A DNA stretch of 64,000 nucleotides from a virus (lineage: Duplodnaviria > Caudoviricetes): IMG/VR virus record IMGVR_UViG_3300047565_000101, positions 1-64,000 of that record; one strand, written 5' to 3'. The position numbers and the translations under genes were made by a program. The notes beneath the pieces are model-generated. The model did not search any database. It had not been told where the DNA came from and worked only from the letters and a program-made list of their open reading frames with translations. Position 1 is the first letter of the stretch. Each line of letters opens with the position of its first letter. Below, in pieces: positions 35,080 through 44,732 of this stretch.

Positions 35080-35885
35080 AAGCTAAACTTCTTCCCATCT
35101 ACATAGCATGTATAGTCTTTTGAAATCTCAATAATCTGAATATGTGGCTTATCGCCATTTTCAATATGAGCAATAGCAAAAGCCTTTTGCCAGTTATGAT
35201 TATTGGTGTACTTCATTCCATCGCTGTCTTCGTCGCACATGTGACCAATTTCATATCCACGAAGAGTTTCGCCTTCGCCTTTATTTCTAAGCTGGAATGT
35301 CTGATAAAAAGTACCCGCTCTATGTGAGTGACCACGAATAATAGATACCCCAAAGTTTTCAACATCCTTGCGAACTGATTCGCCAGCATTCTGTGAAATA
35401 GCATTACCATGGTGAACGTGAATATCTCCAAAACGAAGCTTTGGAGCCTCGTTGTAATAGATATATTCATAGCCCAATGTGTCTAATGACCATAATGATT
35501 CTGGAGTTACATCCTTGGCATACTCTGGAAGCTTCTTGTCTAAGTATTCAAAAATTCTAATGTCGTGATTTCCAAGTGCTGAGAATAACTGTGCATTTGG
35601 CAGCATCTCTCTTGTCTTAGCATAGAAGTCTCTTGCGCCCTTAGCCTCATGTCGCATCATAGGAATGATTAAATCCTTGCTATCATCCTTGTGAAGCTGC
35701 ATAAACTCTGCAGATCTTCCTTCTGTATATTTGCTATAGCATGCCTGATCATCAGTATCTCCAAGATAATCTACAACGTCTGGCTTAAACCACTTCATGA
35801 CCTTAAACCACAAAGCAATGGCCTTATCGTCTTGATATGGGAACTGCTGATCGGATGAAAGCATCCACTTTAAATCGTTACTCAT
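35076..35885 (-). CDS. Calcineurin-like metallophosphoesterase
   Basis: SDQQ, GD..D, GNHD, HHG, GHSHR. Confidence 0.88.
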   Translation of the reverse strand: MSNDLKWMLSSDQQFPYQDDKAIALWFKVMKWFKPDVVDYLGDTDDQACYSKYTEGRSAEFMQLHKDDSKDLIIPMMRHEAKGARDFYAKTREMLPNAQLFSALGNHDIRIFEYLDKKLPEYAKDVTPESLWSLDTLGYEYIYYNEAPKLRFGDIHVHHGNAISQNAGESVRKDVENFGVSIIRGHSHRAGTFYQTFQLRNKGEGETLRGYEIGHMCDEDSDGMKYTNNHNWQKAFAIAHIENGDKPHIQIIEISKDYTCYVDGKKFSL

Positions 35886-35969
35886 TTTATCCTTTACGTT
35901 AAAAGGTCACACGAATGTGACCTTATAGACTATGCATAGTATAACATAGTTTAGGAACCTGTCAACAGG

Positions 35970-36368
35970 TTAGTATTTTCTTTGTGCAATGTGCCAGTTT
36001 AGCCAAAGCTTAGATAGTTCTAAGTTAGACTTAACTGTTAATGTAAATGTTCCGTTAGCAACACTACTTGGATTAATTGTAATCTGTGCGCCTTTGGTAT
36101 TTGATCCAGGACTTGCAACAACAATAGCTCCATCTGTGAAGTTTGTTACGGCAATAGGCTCTGTAGTAATAGATACGTTAGCCTTTATGTTCTCTAGCGA
36201 TACCCTACCACAATCTGTAGCAACAGTATAATTTGCAGTACCAGTTGAATTCTTCAGCTTTGTTGTTTCTTCAAATAATGTCTTTACGTTTGACTGTAGC
36301 TCCATTAGCTTTTGTGGGTCTAGTGGGGCACCGTCATTGAATGTAACTGGTGTGTATTGGTCTGGCAT
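35970..36368 (-). CDS. Minor tail/fibre-associated protein
   Basis: FNDGAPLDPQKL N-terminus; H-type-lectin-like C-terminus (LNWHIA). Confidence 0.55.
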   Translation of the reverse strand: MPDQYTPVTFNDGAPLDPQKLMELQSNVKTLFEETTKLKNSTGTANYTVATDCGRVSLENIKANVSITTEPIAVTNFTDGAIVVASPGSNTKGAQITINPSSVANGTFTLTVKSNLELSKLWLNWHIAQRKY

Positions 36369-36772
36369 TATAGATCTTCTCCTAATTCATGCATATTAGC
36401 TTCTGCATCTGATACCTCTATAAGCTTGGATCTATCTAACCCATACTTACTAAATACATCAGGACTATTAATATGCCGTCTTTTATTTTGAGATACTAAA
36501 TACATTTTACCATCTGCAATGTTCTTTATCAAGGTGCCGTCTCTAAATCCAAGCTTGCCAACAAGCTTAAAGTTGGCTAATGCGGACTCTGCTGCGTTAA
36601 CCGTTGGAAAGCTCCATGACTCAGCAGCACGATCAGATATCAGCTTAAATCGCTTATTGTCTTTAATCCAATAAGTAGCCTTATCTGTTTTAACCGCTAT
36701 TCCAGATGGGAAATTAGTTGGTGATGTTATCAAGATGGGCTGAATATTCTTGCTCTGCCAGAACTTTTGCAT
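36368..36772 (-). CDS. Hypothetical protein with duplicated G..xK....Y.I....R..I repeat
   Basis: Two internal repeats. Confidence 0.65.
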   Translation of the reverse strand: MQKFWQSKNIQPILITSPTNFPSGIAVKTDKATYWIKDNKRFKLISDRAAESWSFPTVNAAESALANFKLVGKLGFRDGTLIKNIADGKMYLVSQNKRRHINSPDVFSKYGLDRSKLIEVSDAEANMHELGEDL

Positions 36773-36893
36773 CTCTCTCCTGTACCATTTGTGTAATTTC
36801 TGCTCTTAATACGGCTACCTGTGTCTCATATGAAGAGACGATCTCGCCAATTCTTTGTTGCAATGCAACAATTACAAGCTCATGCTTATCCAT
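36714..36893 (-). CDS. Small coiled-coil protein
   Basis: ALQQRIGEIVSSYETQVAVLRAEIT. Confidence 0.65.
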   Translation of the reverse strand: MDKHELVIVALQQRIGEIVSSYETQVAVLRAEITQMVQERDAKVLAEQEYSAHLDNITN

Positions 36894-36894
36894 G

Positions 36895-37119
36895 TTACTC
36901 AACAATCGTTAGGGTAGCTGCTTCTGCTTCTAAAGCAGACTGTCTTGCATTTTCTCTGCTTAGCTGTGCATTAATCCCATCAATAGTATCTTGATTAGGG
37001 TTTTCCACCGCCTGCTCAGCAATTAGGCTAAGCTGTAGATTGTAACGATTAGATACGCATGTTTTAATATGCTGGTTAATCATGTTCATCTTTTCATTAT
37101 CAGTTAATTCTGCTGTCAT
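36895..37119 (-). CDS. Small coiled-coil protein (leaderless)
   Basis: TATAAT 6 nt before ATG. Confidence 0.65.
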   Translation of the reverse strand: MTAELTDNEKMNMINQHIKTCVSNRYNLQLSLIAEQAVENPNQDTIDGINAQLSRENARQSALEAEAATLTIVE

Positions 37120-37126
37120 TTTAAAA

Positions 37127-37399
37127 TTATACCACGTCTTCCGTATTTTGAATAGCTCCCCACTTACCAAGCGGGCATGATGCATGCGGAAGCTTTGTCT
37201 TTTCAGTCATAAAACATCCACACTTCTTACATGTCTTTGTAAGCTGGATCAATGAAGGACAAGAAAGACATAGGTTATACCTATAGTCTCTTGTCTCATC
37301 ATCTACGTGCTCAATTTTAGGATTAATTAAATCCCAAGGACGTACAGAGTCTCCAGCATTCTTCTCTTTCCAAAGTTGCCAAGGTGACTTATCTGACAT
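37127..37399 (-). CDS. Cys-rich small protein (CxxC..CxxCGC..CP...W; DUF6171-like)
   Basis: CLSCP...CKKCGCFM...CPLGKW. Confidence 0.75.
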   Translation of the reverse strand: MSDKSPWQLWKEKNAGDSVRPWDLINPKIEHVDDETRDYRYNLCLSCPSLIQLTKTCKKCGCFMTEKTKLPHASCPLGKWGAIQNTEDVV

Positions 37400-37630
37400 T
37401 TATGCTCCAGGTGTAGGTTCTACTGGTGCTGTAAATTCACCAGTCTCTGCATTGTACCCTGAGCCGACTGAAATATTATGTGACTCAGACGCAAGCTGCT
37501 CTGTTACATTTAGAACGAGTGGATTACTCAAAAAAATTGAGGATAGTCTTTCATCTGTATGAAGAATATCAGCAACCTCTCCATCAACAATAAATGCTAG
37601 CTTGATTGGTGGTAATTCGTTTTCTGCCAT
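37400..37630 (-). CDS. Probable tail-fibre-associated protein
   Basis: Downstream of fibre; VGSGYN...FTAP; strong RBS. Confidence 0.65.
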   Translation of the reverse strand: MAENELPPIKLAFIVDGEVADILHTDERLSSIFLSNPLVLNVTEQLASESHNISVGSGYNAETGEFTAPVEPTPGA

Positions 37631-37679
37631 GTTATTTCTCCTTTGTTTTATATATTATACTATACTACTTAGATCCTGT

Positions 37680-40280
37680 CTAGCTTGGCAGGATCTGTAA
37701 ATTGTCTACATAATTAGCCTCATTATAAGGGGTATGCATTTTAATAATTCCAGCTGCGACTCCAGATGTGCTAGATGATGGGGCTGACCCAGTAATAGAA
37801 AGCGTGTTTCCAATTTGAGTAGAGCCGTTAAATGCGCTAACTAATATAGAGTTTCCGCTTGTCACAAGAACTAGATTTGGAATATTAACGTATCCAGATG
37901 TGCTAGACGCTACTTGCAATGACCCCTCTTCTGATACAGAAGAGCCATTTGATTTATTTACTTTAATATAACTACTGTAGGTAGATCCAGCTACAGAAAC
38001 TATTGTATTCCATGAATATGTAGTAAAATTAGTTGGAGTACTATCTCTTGTAAACCACTGTTTTCCAGTTACTGTTGTAACTGAATTTGATCTTGTGCTC
38101 CAAGAATATGTTGTTGTAGCGGTTCCAGTAGTGCTTCTCTTATTCCATGAATATGTTGTGTAAGCTGGTGATGATGCTGACCAAAGAGTACCGCTGTAAG
38201 TAGTAGTTGACTGAATAACAGTATAAAAATAGGATCCTGGTGAGCCATAACATTCTCCACATCTAAGACCAACATCTGATGGTCCGTATGGGAGTGTTCC
38301 TGTGGATCCACAACTGCCTCTATTAAATACATACGAGCCACAAAAATAGGTAGTAGATGAAGTACATCCTGTAGAACATCTTTGTCCCTCATTATTTCCA
38401 TATGCAGGACAAGAGCTAAATCCACTAAAACTATCAGAGCATGTTGAAGGTACGGCTGGTGTATATACAGAGTTACATCCACAAACATCACCAGGACCAG
38501 TACCAGATGCTGGGCAACCAGTTGTATTTGATCCACCAGTCTGGTCGCATGCATAGCTTGTTGTTGTTGTAGAAGTACAGTTACAAGCTCCTCCAGGAGT
38601 TTGATTATTACTGTTCGTGCAACTTGACCCACTACTGCCTGGTTCTGTACAAGCATAGTATGTTGTTGAATAGTCAATGCAATTGCAGTATTGACCAGGA
38701 CCAGTACCAAATCCTGAGGACGGGCAAGCTGTACCTACTTCAGATAATGTTGTTGAACATGCATACTCAGAACCAGACTGTGATACGCATCCACATGCAT
38801 CACCAACGTTTGTTCCAATAGTAGGGCAGCCAGTTCTGTTTGAGCCACCAGTGCCAGTACAAGATGTTCCAGATGTAGAAACCTGATTATAGTATGTAGA
38901 TGCTGCCCACCATGAATTTGCAGAAGTTACCCAGAATGCAACTCCATACCCACCGCCATTATTAGGATAATTAAGCCCTCCTATTATGTCATACTTGCCT
39001 CCAGCTTCAATTGCCTGCATTGGATTATCTGTGTAGTTTGATGACACAGATACCGATGAGTATGCTCTATTATTTAATACTGCCCAATAACTTCCATAGT
39101 TTGACCTGCTTGAGTCATACTGCAATCCAGTACTAGTTGTTCCTAATCCACCACTTGCGTTGGATCTATTGAATGTATCGCTCATGTCATCTACATATGC
39201 AGTAATTCCTGGGGAGTAGTAGTAGTAATGAGTAACACCATCGAGTGCAGTTACATCATCTTGTGTATAGAATCTTCTGCTAATATAGGTAAAGTCAGTT
39301 TGTGTGATTGTTCTTGGTGAAGACACTGCAGCTACTGCTAAATCTGTTGTAGTACCACTGCTTGGCACAGATGCACTATTTAAATACACAAGTCTTGTAT
39401 CGACATTTAATGCATTGGAATAAGATCCTGGTGAGCCTTTGTATACGAGAGTTCCAAACTCACCTGTTCCACTTCCCTTTGTTGGGGCAGAATTTTGAGT
39501 AGGGGCAACTGGTGTATTTGTTGAGGTATTTAAAAGATATGCTGGATTTCCTAAATAGCCCTGATAAGTATTACTTACTCCAGTTATTGGTATAACCTTA
39601 AAGTCATAGCTTGTGCTAGGAGAAAGGCTGTCAATTGTTGTATTTGTGCCAGATATAACTTTACTGTAAACATAAGAAGAGTCTACACTTCTCTTATAAT
39701 AAACTAAATACTTTTGTGCATTAGGAGATGATGTCCAGCTAAAAGAAATATCAGTATATGTTATTGTGCCAACTGTTATTACAACATTTTCTGGCCCGTA
39801 TACTGAGGTTGAATCAGATTCATTTGTTGTAGTAGCAGATGGAGATGTTTTTGTAGCCTCGATTACAAATCTATACTTATTTTCAACATTTGGTGATACA
39901 TCAGATGGACTGTCGTCTAATTGATAAGTAACAGTTTCATATGAGCCAACTGATGGATTTACTATATCTAGCCCAGAATCAATTGTGCTCCATGTTGCAC
40001 CAGCATCTATGCTTTTTTCAAATCTATAGTTTAATACATCAGCATTTTCCCAGTGATAATATTTACCAGTTAATGTAATTAGCCATGAAGTTGAATTTGT
40101 GGACTGTGTAATCTCTGAGTCATCTGCTGTACTGGGAACAATTGTAGAGCTGAAGAATAGCTTCCAAGCTCCAGAAACCTTAAGATATCCCTGTGCCACA
40201 TTTTTCCATACACCATCAACTTTTAATTTAATTGAAGCTATGTTTTTCCAAGCTCCATCAACCTTTAGCTTAGCTGTCAA
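37680..40280 (-). CDS. Tail fibre/receptor-binding protein with FN3-like domain and nested Cys4 repeat insertion
   Basis: N-terminal KV(D/S)GxWK x3; LSPSTSYDFKV; six Cys4 repeats; TYSW repeats. Confidence 0.75.
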   Translation of the reverse strand: MTAKLKVDGAWKNIASIKLKVDGVWKNVAQGYLKVSGAWKLFFSSTIVPSTADDSEITQSTNSTSWLITLTGKYYHWENADVLNYRFEKSIDAGATWSTIDSGLDIVNPSVGSYETVTYQLDDSPSDVSPNVENKYRFVIEATKTSPSATTTNESDSTSVYGPENVVITVGTITYTDISFSWTSSPNAQKYLVYYKRSVDSSYVYSKVISGTNTTIDSLSPSTSYDFKVIPITGVSNTYQGYLGNPAYLLNTSTNTPVAPTQNSAPTKGSGTGEFGTLVYKGSPGSYSNALNVDTRLVYLNSASVPSSGTTTDLAVAAVSSPRTITQTDFTYISRRFYTQDDVTALDGVTHYYYYSPGITAYVDDMSDTFNRSNASGGLGTTSTGLQYDSSRSNYGSYWAVLNNRAYSSVSVSSNYTDNPMQAIEAGGKYDIIGGLNYPNNGGGYGVAFWVTSANSWWAASTYYNQVSTSGTSCTGTGGSNRTGCPTIGTNVGDACGCVSQSGSEYACSTTLSEVGTACPSSGFGTGPGQYCNCIDYSTTYYACTEPGSSGSSCTNSNNQTPGGACNCTSTTTTSYACDQTGGSNTTGCPASGTGPGDVCGCNSVYTPAVPSTCSDSFSGFSSCPAYGNNEGQRCSTGCTSSTTYFCGSYVFNRGSCGSTGTLPYGPSDVGLRCGECYGSPGSYFYTVIQSTTTYSGTLWSASSPAYTTYSWNKRSTTGTATTTYSWSTRSNSVTTVTGKQWFTRDSTPTNFTTYSWNTIVSVAGSTYSSYIKVNKSNGSSVSEEGSLQVASSTSGYVNIPNLVLVTSGNSILVSAFNGSTQIGNTLSITGSAPSSSTSGVAAGIIKMHTPYNEANYVDNLQILPS

Positions 40281-40281
40281 T

Positions 40282-41670
40282 TTATGAAGTCCAAACTAAT
40301 AGCACATCGCCATTTGAGCTTCTATCTGTTAAATAAACACTGGAGTCAGCCGTAAATCCACCCTGTGTAATGGTATACATATTTCTAAGACCCCCTGAAT
40401 TAACATTTGCAGTACCAGCTACTTGAGCAGATTTTGCTACCTCAACCTGTCTTCCAGACTCATCTCCAAGATATACTCTACCCCCATTTGTTGAATCTGT
40501 TGTTAATATGTTTGTTCCAGCGATAAAATCTTTTATTTGGAAAGATGATCCAGTAGATGAGATTACAATGTCTGAGCTTAAAAATATGTTTCCTCCATTA
40601 ATCATAGAGATTGTTGCGCTATTACTAATTGAAATAAGAGCTCCGTCATCAGTAATCAACCAGCCATCTGTGTCAGATCCTATGTATCCAGATGTAGCAT
40701 TTACCGTACCAGTAATAGTTAGATCTGTTCCGTCCCATGTCATATTCTTATCTGTTGTTCCGACTTTAAATACACCAGTGTTATACCAATAATTGTCTGT
40801 ACCCATGTAAAGACCATCATTTGTACTGTTTACATTTGTTCCGATCTTCATGCTACCAGCCGACATATATCCGCTAAATTCTCCAGCTGTCGCTGTGATT
40901 GTTCCCTTAATTGAAAGATCGCCATTAGTGTCAAATGATAATATTGCGCCAGCTACTGTTCCGCCTGATCCAAATACTTCAAGAGGATTACCAGTTCCAC
41001 GAATAATTACGTGCTTGCCAGAGGTTGAACCTACTGTAATTGTTGAGCTTGAGCTAAGAGTTCCAGTTGCAATCTTGTCAGCTGTTACAGTTATAATTCC
41101 GCTATTAGAAACTTTGCCAACTCTTACTGGGTTTCCTGTTGCAGCAACTGCTGATGATGCGTCACCAGCTCTATTGAAAGCAACGATTTTAATATAGTAA
41201 TCAACATCATACGATATCGTTAGTGATCCATTAACAACTGTATCTACTCCTAGATAGACAGAGTTATTATTATTTGCAAAATCTAATACATCAACAAAGT
41301 TAGCACTAGGACCAGAATCTGCTGGTGTAAATGAAGAAGATGTGCCAATATAAATCTTTGCATAGTCAGACTGATTTGACTGATTTGCACCAGTTGAAGT
41401 CTTTCCATTCCAAGATACTTCAATTGCACCTAGGACTGGTCTTACCGTTGGTGTTGATGGGTCTGATGGTGCAGCTAGCTCTATCGCTGGGACTTCTACA
41501 TTTTTAACAGCTGACCAATTGCTAAATGTGCCATCTTTATATTTCCATCTAAATTGAATTGGGTATGCGTCTGCTACATCCGTTAGAGCAAGGTCAGTAA
41601 TAGTAACATTAAAATAGTTACCATTTTCAAATGACTCAGAGGTGTCTTTTAGCAGATCTTCATATGCCAT
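40282..41670 (-). CDS. Minor tail protein
   Basis: FN3-like N-part, ADKIATGT and beta-repeat fibre motifs. Confidence 0.75.
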   Translation of the reverse strand: MAYEDLLKDTSESFENGNYFNVTITDLALTDVADAYPIQFRWKYKDGTFSNWSAVKNVEVPAIELAAPSDPSTPTVRPVLGAIEVSWNGKTSTGANQSNQSDYAKIYIGTSSSFTPADSGPSANFVDVLDFANNNNSVYLGVDTVVNGSLTISYDVDYYIKIVAFNRAGDASSAVAATGNPVRVGKVSNSGIITVTADKIATGTLSSSSTITVGSTSGKHVIIRGTGNPLEVFGSGGTVAGAILSFDTNGDLSIKGTITATAGEFSGYMSAGSMKIGTNVNSTNDGLYMGTDNYWYNTGVFKVGTTDKNMTWDGTDLTITGTVNATSGYIGSDTDGWLITDDGALISISNSATISMINGGNIFLSSDIVISSTGSSFQIKDFIAGTNILTTDSTNGGRVYLGDESGRQVEVAKSAQVAGTANVNSGGLRNMYTITQGGFTADSSVYLTDRSSNGDVLLVWTS

Positions 41671-41671
41671 A

Positions 41672-42574
41672 TTAGAACCCCAGCTCTAGCCTATACTCTA
41701 CATCTACTTGACGACCAGCCTGCTTTGTTAATACTGTAGACAAAACAGATCTACTTATTATTCCAAATGCTGGGTCAAATGTGTCCTCATCATTAATTCT
41801 AATTCCATCAAATCCAACAGAAGTCGTTCCGCCAGACTCTTCTATTTCTATCTTTAATTTAGATATTGTTGATTTGTCTGGTGTTCCATACGCAACAAGA
41901 TCTCCAATTGAAGCAGATGCTAGCTTATATCCAGTGCCAGAAGGAACCGTAAAGTCTAGAGTGTATCCATTTCCAGTTGATGTCTCAAAGTATAAAGTTA
42001 TTGCGGAAACGTAAGCATCATTCTTATAAAAAGCAATTGTTGCAGTATCATTTGCGCTGTATCCAGAGATATCTAATGTAGTGTTATAGGTATAGACATC
42101 TGCAGCCATTGTTGCCAGGCTATCTCCGATCTTTGCATTTGATGTAGTTAGAGTAGCAGTGTTTCCAACGCTATCCGTCCAATCAATTACATTATCAAAG
42201 TCTGCTAGGAACTTGCTATCATAGTTATTTGTTGTGGTTCTTACTGCTGGGTATAGACCGACTTCTGATATGACACCAGCCACATCCTGCGGAAGCGTTG
42301 TCTTATATACAACGGAATATGTAGTTGTATCATCAACTGTTCGTATGTCTGTGCTTCCAAATTCAATTGGGAGTCTATAGAATTCAAATCCTAACCTCGT
42401 ATCATTTTCTGTTGCGGTAGTTGGGTCTACTCCAAATGCTAGGTCTTTTCCTAGATTAGCGATATTGCCAGCTACAAAATTAGTTAAATATCTTTTACCA
42501 AACTTAGTAATTACATTTGGTGAGCGATAGATTTCTTTGCCATCTTCATAAAATATATATGTACCTTTAATCAT
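41672..42574 (-). CDS. Baseplate/tail protein
   Basis: NVITKFGK...ISEVGL; tail module position. Confidence 0.7.
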   Translation of the reverse strand: MIKGTYIFYEDGKEIYRSPNVITKFGKRYLTNFVAGNIANLGKDLAFGVDPTTATENDTRLGFEFYRLPIEFGSTDIRTVDDTTTYSVVYKTTLPQDVAGVISEVGLYPAVRTTTNNYDSKFLADFDNVIDWTDSVGNTATLTTSNAKIGDSLATMAADVYTYNTTLDISGYSANDTATIAFYKNDAYVSAITLYFETSTGNGYTLDFTVPSGTGYKLASASIGDLVAYGTPDKSTISKLKIEIEESGGTTSVGFDGIRINDEDTFDPAFGIISRSVLSTVLTKQAGRQVDVEYRLELGF

Positions 42575-42575
42575 A

Positions 42576-43013
42576 TTAAGCAAACGGATTGTAAATCCTT
42601 GCATCCACCCCCACTACATTTTCTGGAAAAGAAAACGAATTTCTTACCTTAATTACTGCTTTAGCCTTGCTGTTTCCAAGAGTATCCTTATATTGAGTAA
42701 CTACAATGCTCTCAATATCGGAAAGATCTGGCGTATCGGTTCTAGTTAAATATTCAGAAATATCCGACTCAGTAATTGTAGCATCTGTTTTGCTGGAAGG
42801 CAATCCTGGAGCTACTAAACTTGTTGGGCTAGAGAGGGATGACGATATTGGATAGGATGGCTCTGGCTGTCCTGCTACCTGGTTAGCATCTACAATTAGG
42901 ACCTTACTAGGATCCATCCATATTGATAGCCTACTGTCCTTTTTGATAATAGGCTTAGCAGCTTGAACAACTCTCGCTGCTGGTATTCTCTTATTATCTA
43001 TATTCTCTAGCAT
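42576..43013 (-). CDS. Tail-region hypothetical protein
   Basis: ORF track; leaderless start. Confidence 0.6.
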   Translation of the reverse strand: MLENIDNKRIPAARVVQAAKPIIKKDSRLSIWMDPSKVLIVDANQVAGQPEPSYPISSSLSSPTSLVAPGLPSSKTDATITESDISEYLTRTDTPDLSDIESIVVTQYKDTLGNSKAKAVIKVRNSFSFPENVVGVDARIYNPFA

Positions 43014-43037
43014 CTTATCATTATATCATTTACAGAA

Positions 43038-44732
43038 CTAAAGTGTTCTGCAAACAATACTTGTCTCCAATCCATCCTGATAGGAGTGTGATATTTCAGT
43101 AATTATAAACTTTGCAGTCTCAGAAATTCCTTGGTATGAATACTTAATTGAAATCATGTCTCCGACTGAAAGTAATGGGTTTCCAAATGTTGAAAATGAA
43201 ACAAGCTTGCTTTTATTAATGACAACAGACTTTATCCAATTTGCTAGATTTTTGACATCTGGCTCTGTTTGAAGCCACTGTGACTCAAATATAACTGGCT
43301 CTTGATTTGAAAAATCTGACTCTTCATCTGTTTTATATACTAGAGTTCCAGAATCTCCAATGCTATTGCCAAATACCATCAGCATATTTGTTCCGTTATC
43401 AGCAAGTGGCACAGTTGTAGAAGTATTATTTAGAATAAAAGCCTCTGCTCCAAAACTTGAAAGCTTTGATCCAATTATATTAACTGCATCATTTTCTCCA
43501 GATGACCAACCAATAGGGAACGAAGGATTTTCAAATCTTTGCTTAACATATGCAATTTCTCTAACCACTGATCCAAATTCTTCAACGACCTTCTTAGTCT
43601 TATATGTTGATATTGCGTCAGATGCGTTATTTGAGTTATACATCAAATTCCCGTAGGCTGTATCTAGTAGATCATTTGAGAACTGGCCCTTATAAAGATT
43701 AATATCTACATCTGTGGACAGGTATCTTGCTTCATCTATAGATGCTGCATAAACATAATCAAATGCCACCTTGCCCTTGATGGACATAACTCCAATTGCT
43801 TGAGTTGGTGCTATTATTGAATTTAGTGGCTCGCCTGCAGTGTATGAATTTGTGTCAGACGCTATTATCTTAAATCCATTAATAAATACTGTTATATTAA
43901 CTGCATCTCCACTGACCTTTACTTTAATATCTAGGTTATACGTGTTCCCGCCGTAAATTCCGTCAAAGATGTTTGCCTTGGCTGTCTGTGTGTCAGCTAA
44001 AACCTTAAGTCCAGAAGTAGTGGACTTGACTATGCGGACCGACTTTCTTCCTTGAGCACCAGATGATGCTGTGCTTTCTACAATTACATAGTAGCCAGAC
44101 TTACCTTCATTTGATAAAAAGAATCCTAGGCCTCCAGATTGGCTTGTTTCATTTTGGGCATTGTTCATAAATATACTTGTGCCAAATGTATAATAAGCAG
44201 GAGTATATGATTTAAGTATAGCCTGAGCCCATGTTGGGGCTGAGATAGAGGACTGTGTTGATGTCGTAGTATTTACTCCATCGAAGGATTTATAAGCCAC
44301 AGCAAATTCATTCTTTTTTCCGCCAGGATATGCTATCTCAAAATATGACTTAGCGCTAGTTAATTTTTGAGGATCAATACCACTTGATATAACAGTTCCG
44401 CCAAGAGATGTTGAGGATAGCTTATATTGCAATATGGTCTGGCTGTTTCCAAGCTGGCTTCCATTCTTGCCCTGTATTTTAAAGTTGTATATGCCGCCCG
44501 CTACAAGGCCCGTCACAGCCACTGGAAGGGCCGTAGCGTTGACTGTAATGGCAGAGCCTATGTTTGTACCAGAAGAATTAACCTGCTGGGCTGTAACCAC
44601 GTAGGCGGGTGCATCAACGGTAGCCATAAGCTTAACACTAGTTAAAGAATCTTGCTCATAAACAAATGCTGGTCCATCTGGATTATACGTTGAGTAATTT
44701 CCATCTTCGCCTGTTTCTACGATTATTGTCAT
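43038..44732 (-). CDS. Minor tail protein (hub C-terminal-like)
   Basis: GNPLLSVGDMISI...FIITEISHSY hub-type ending. Confidence 0.7.
   Translation of the reverse strand: MTIIVETGEDGNYSTYNPDGPAFVYEQDSLTSVKLMATVDAPAYVVTAQQVNSSGTNIGSAITVNATALPVAVTGLVAGGIYNFKIQGKNGSQLGNSQTILQYKLSSTSLGGTVISSGIDPQKLTSAKSYFEIAYPGGKKNEFAVAYKSFDGVNTTTSTQSSISAPTWAQAILKSYTPAYYTFGTSIFMNNAQNETSQSGGLGFFLSNEGKSGYYVIVESTASSGAQGRKSVRIVKSTTSGLKVLADTQTAKANIFDGIYGGNTYNLDIKVKVSGDAVNITVFINGFKIIASDTNSYTAGEPLNSIIAPTQAIGVMSIKGKVAFDYVYAASIDEARYLSTDVDINLYKGQFSNDLLDTAYGNLMYNSNNASDAISTYKTKKVVEEFGSVVREIAYVKQRFENPSFPIGWSSGENDAVNIIGSKLSSFGAEAFILNNTSTTVPLADNGTNMLMVFGNSIGDSGTLVYKTDEESDFSNQEPVIFESQWLQTEPDVKNLANWIKSVVINKSKLVSFSTFGNPLLSVGDMISIKYSYQGISETAKFIITEISHSYQDGLETSIVCRTL

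Noticed and set aside
38069-38710. 213-aa alternative-frame ORF inside the fibre gene
   Set aside because: Low-complexity by-product of the Thr/Ser/Gly/Cys codon pattern; no RBS.
37680-40280. Diversity-generating retroelement targeting the fibre
   Set aside because: No reverse transcriptase or template/variable repeat pair seen in this window.
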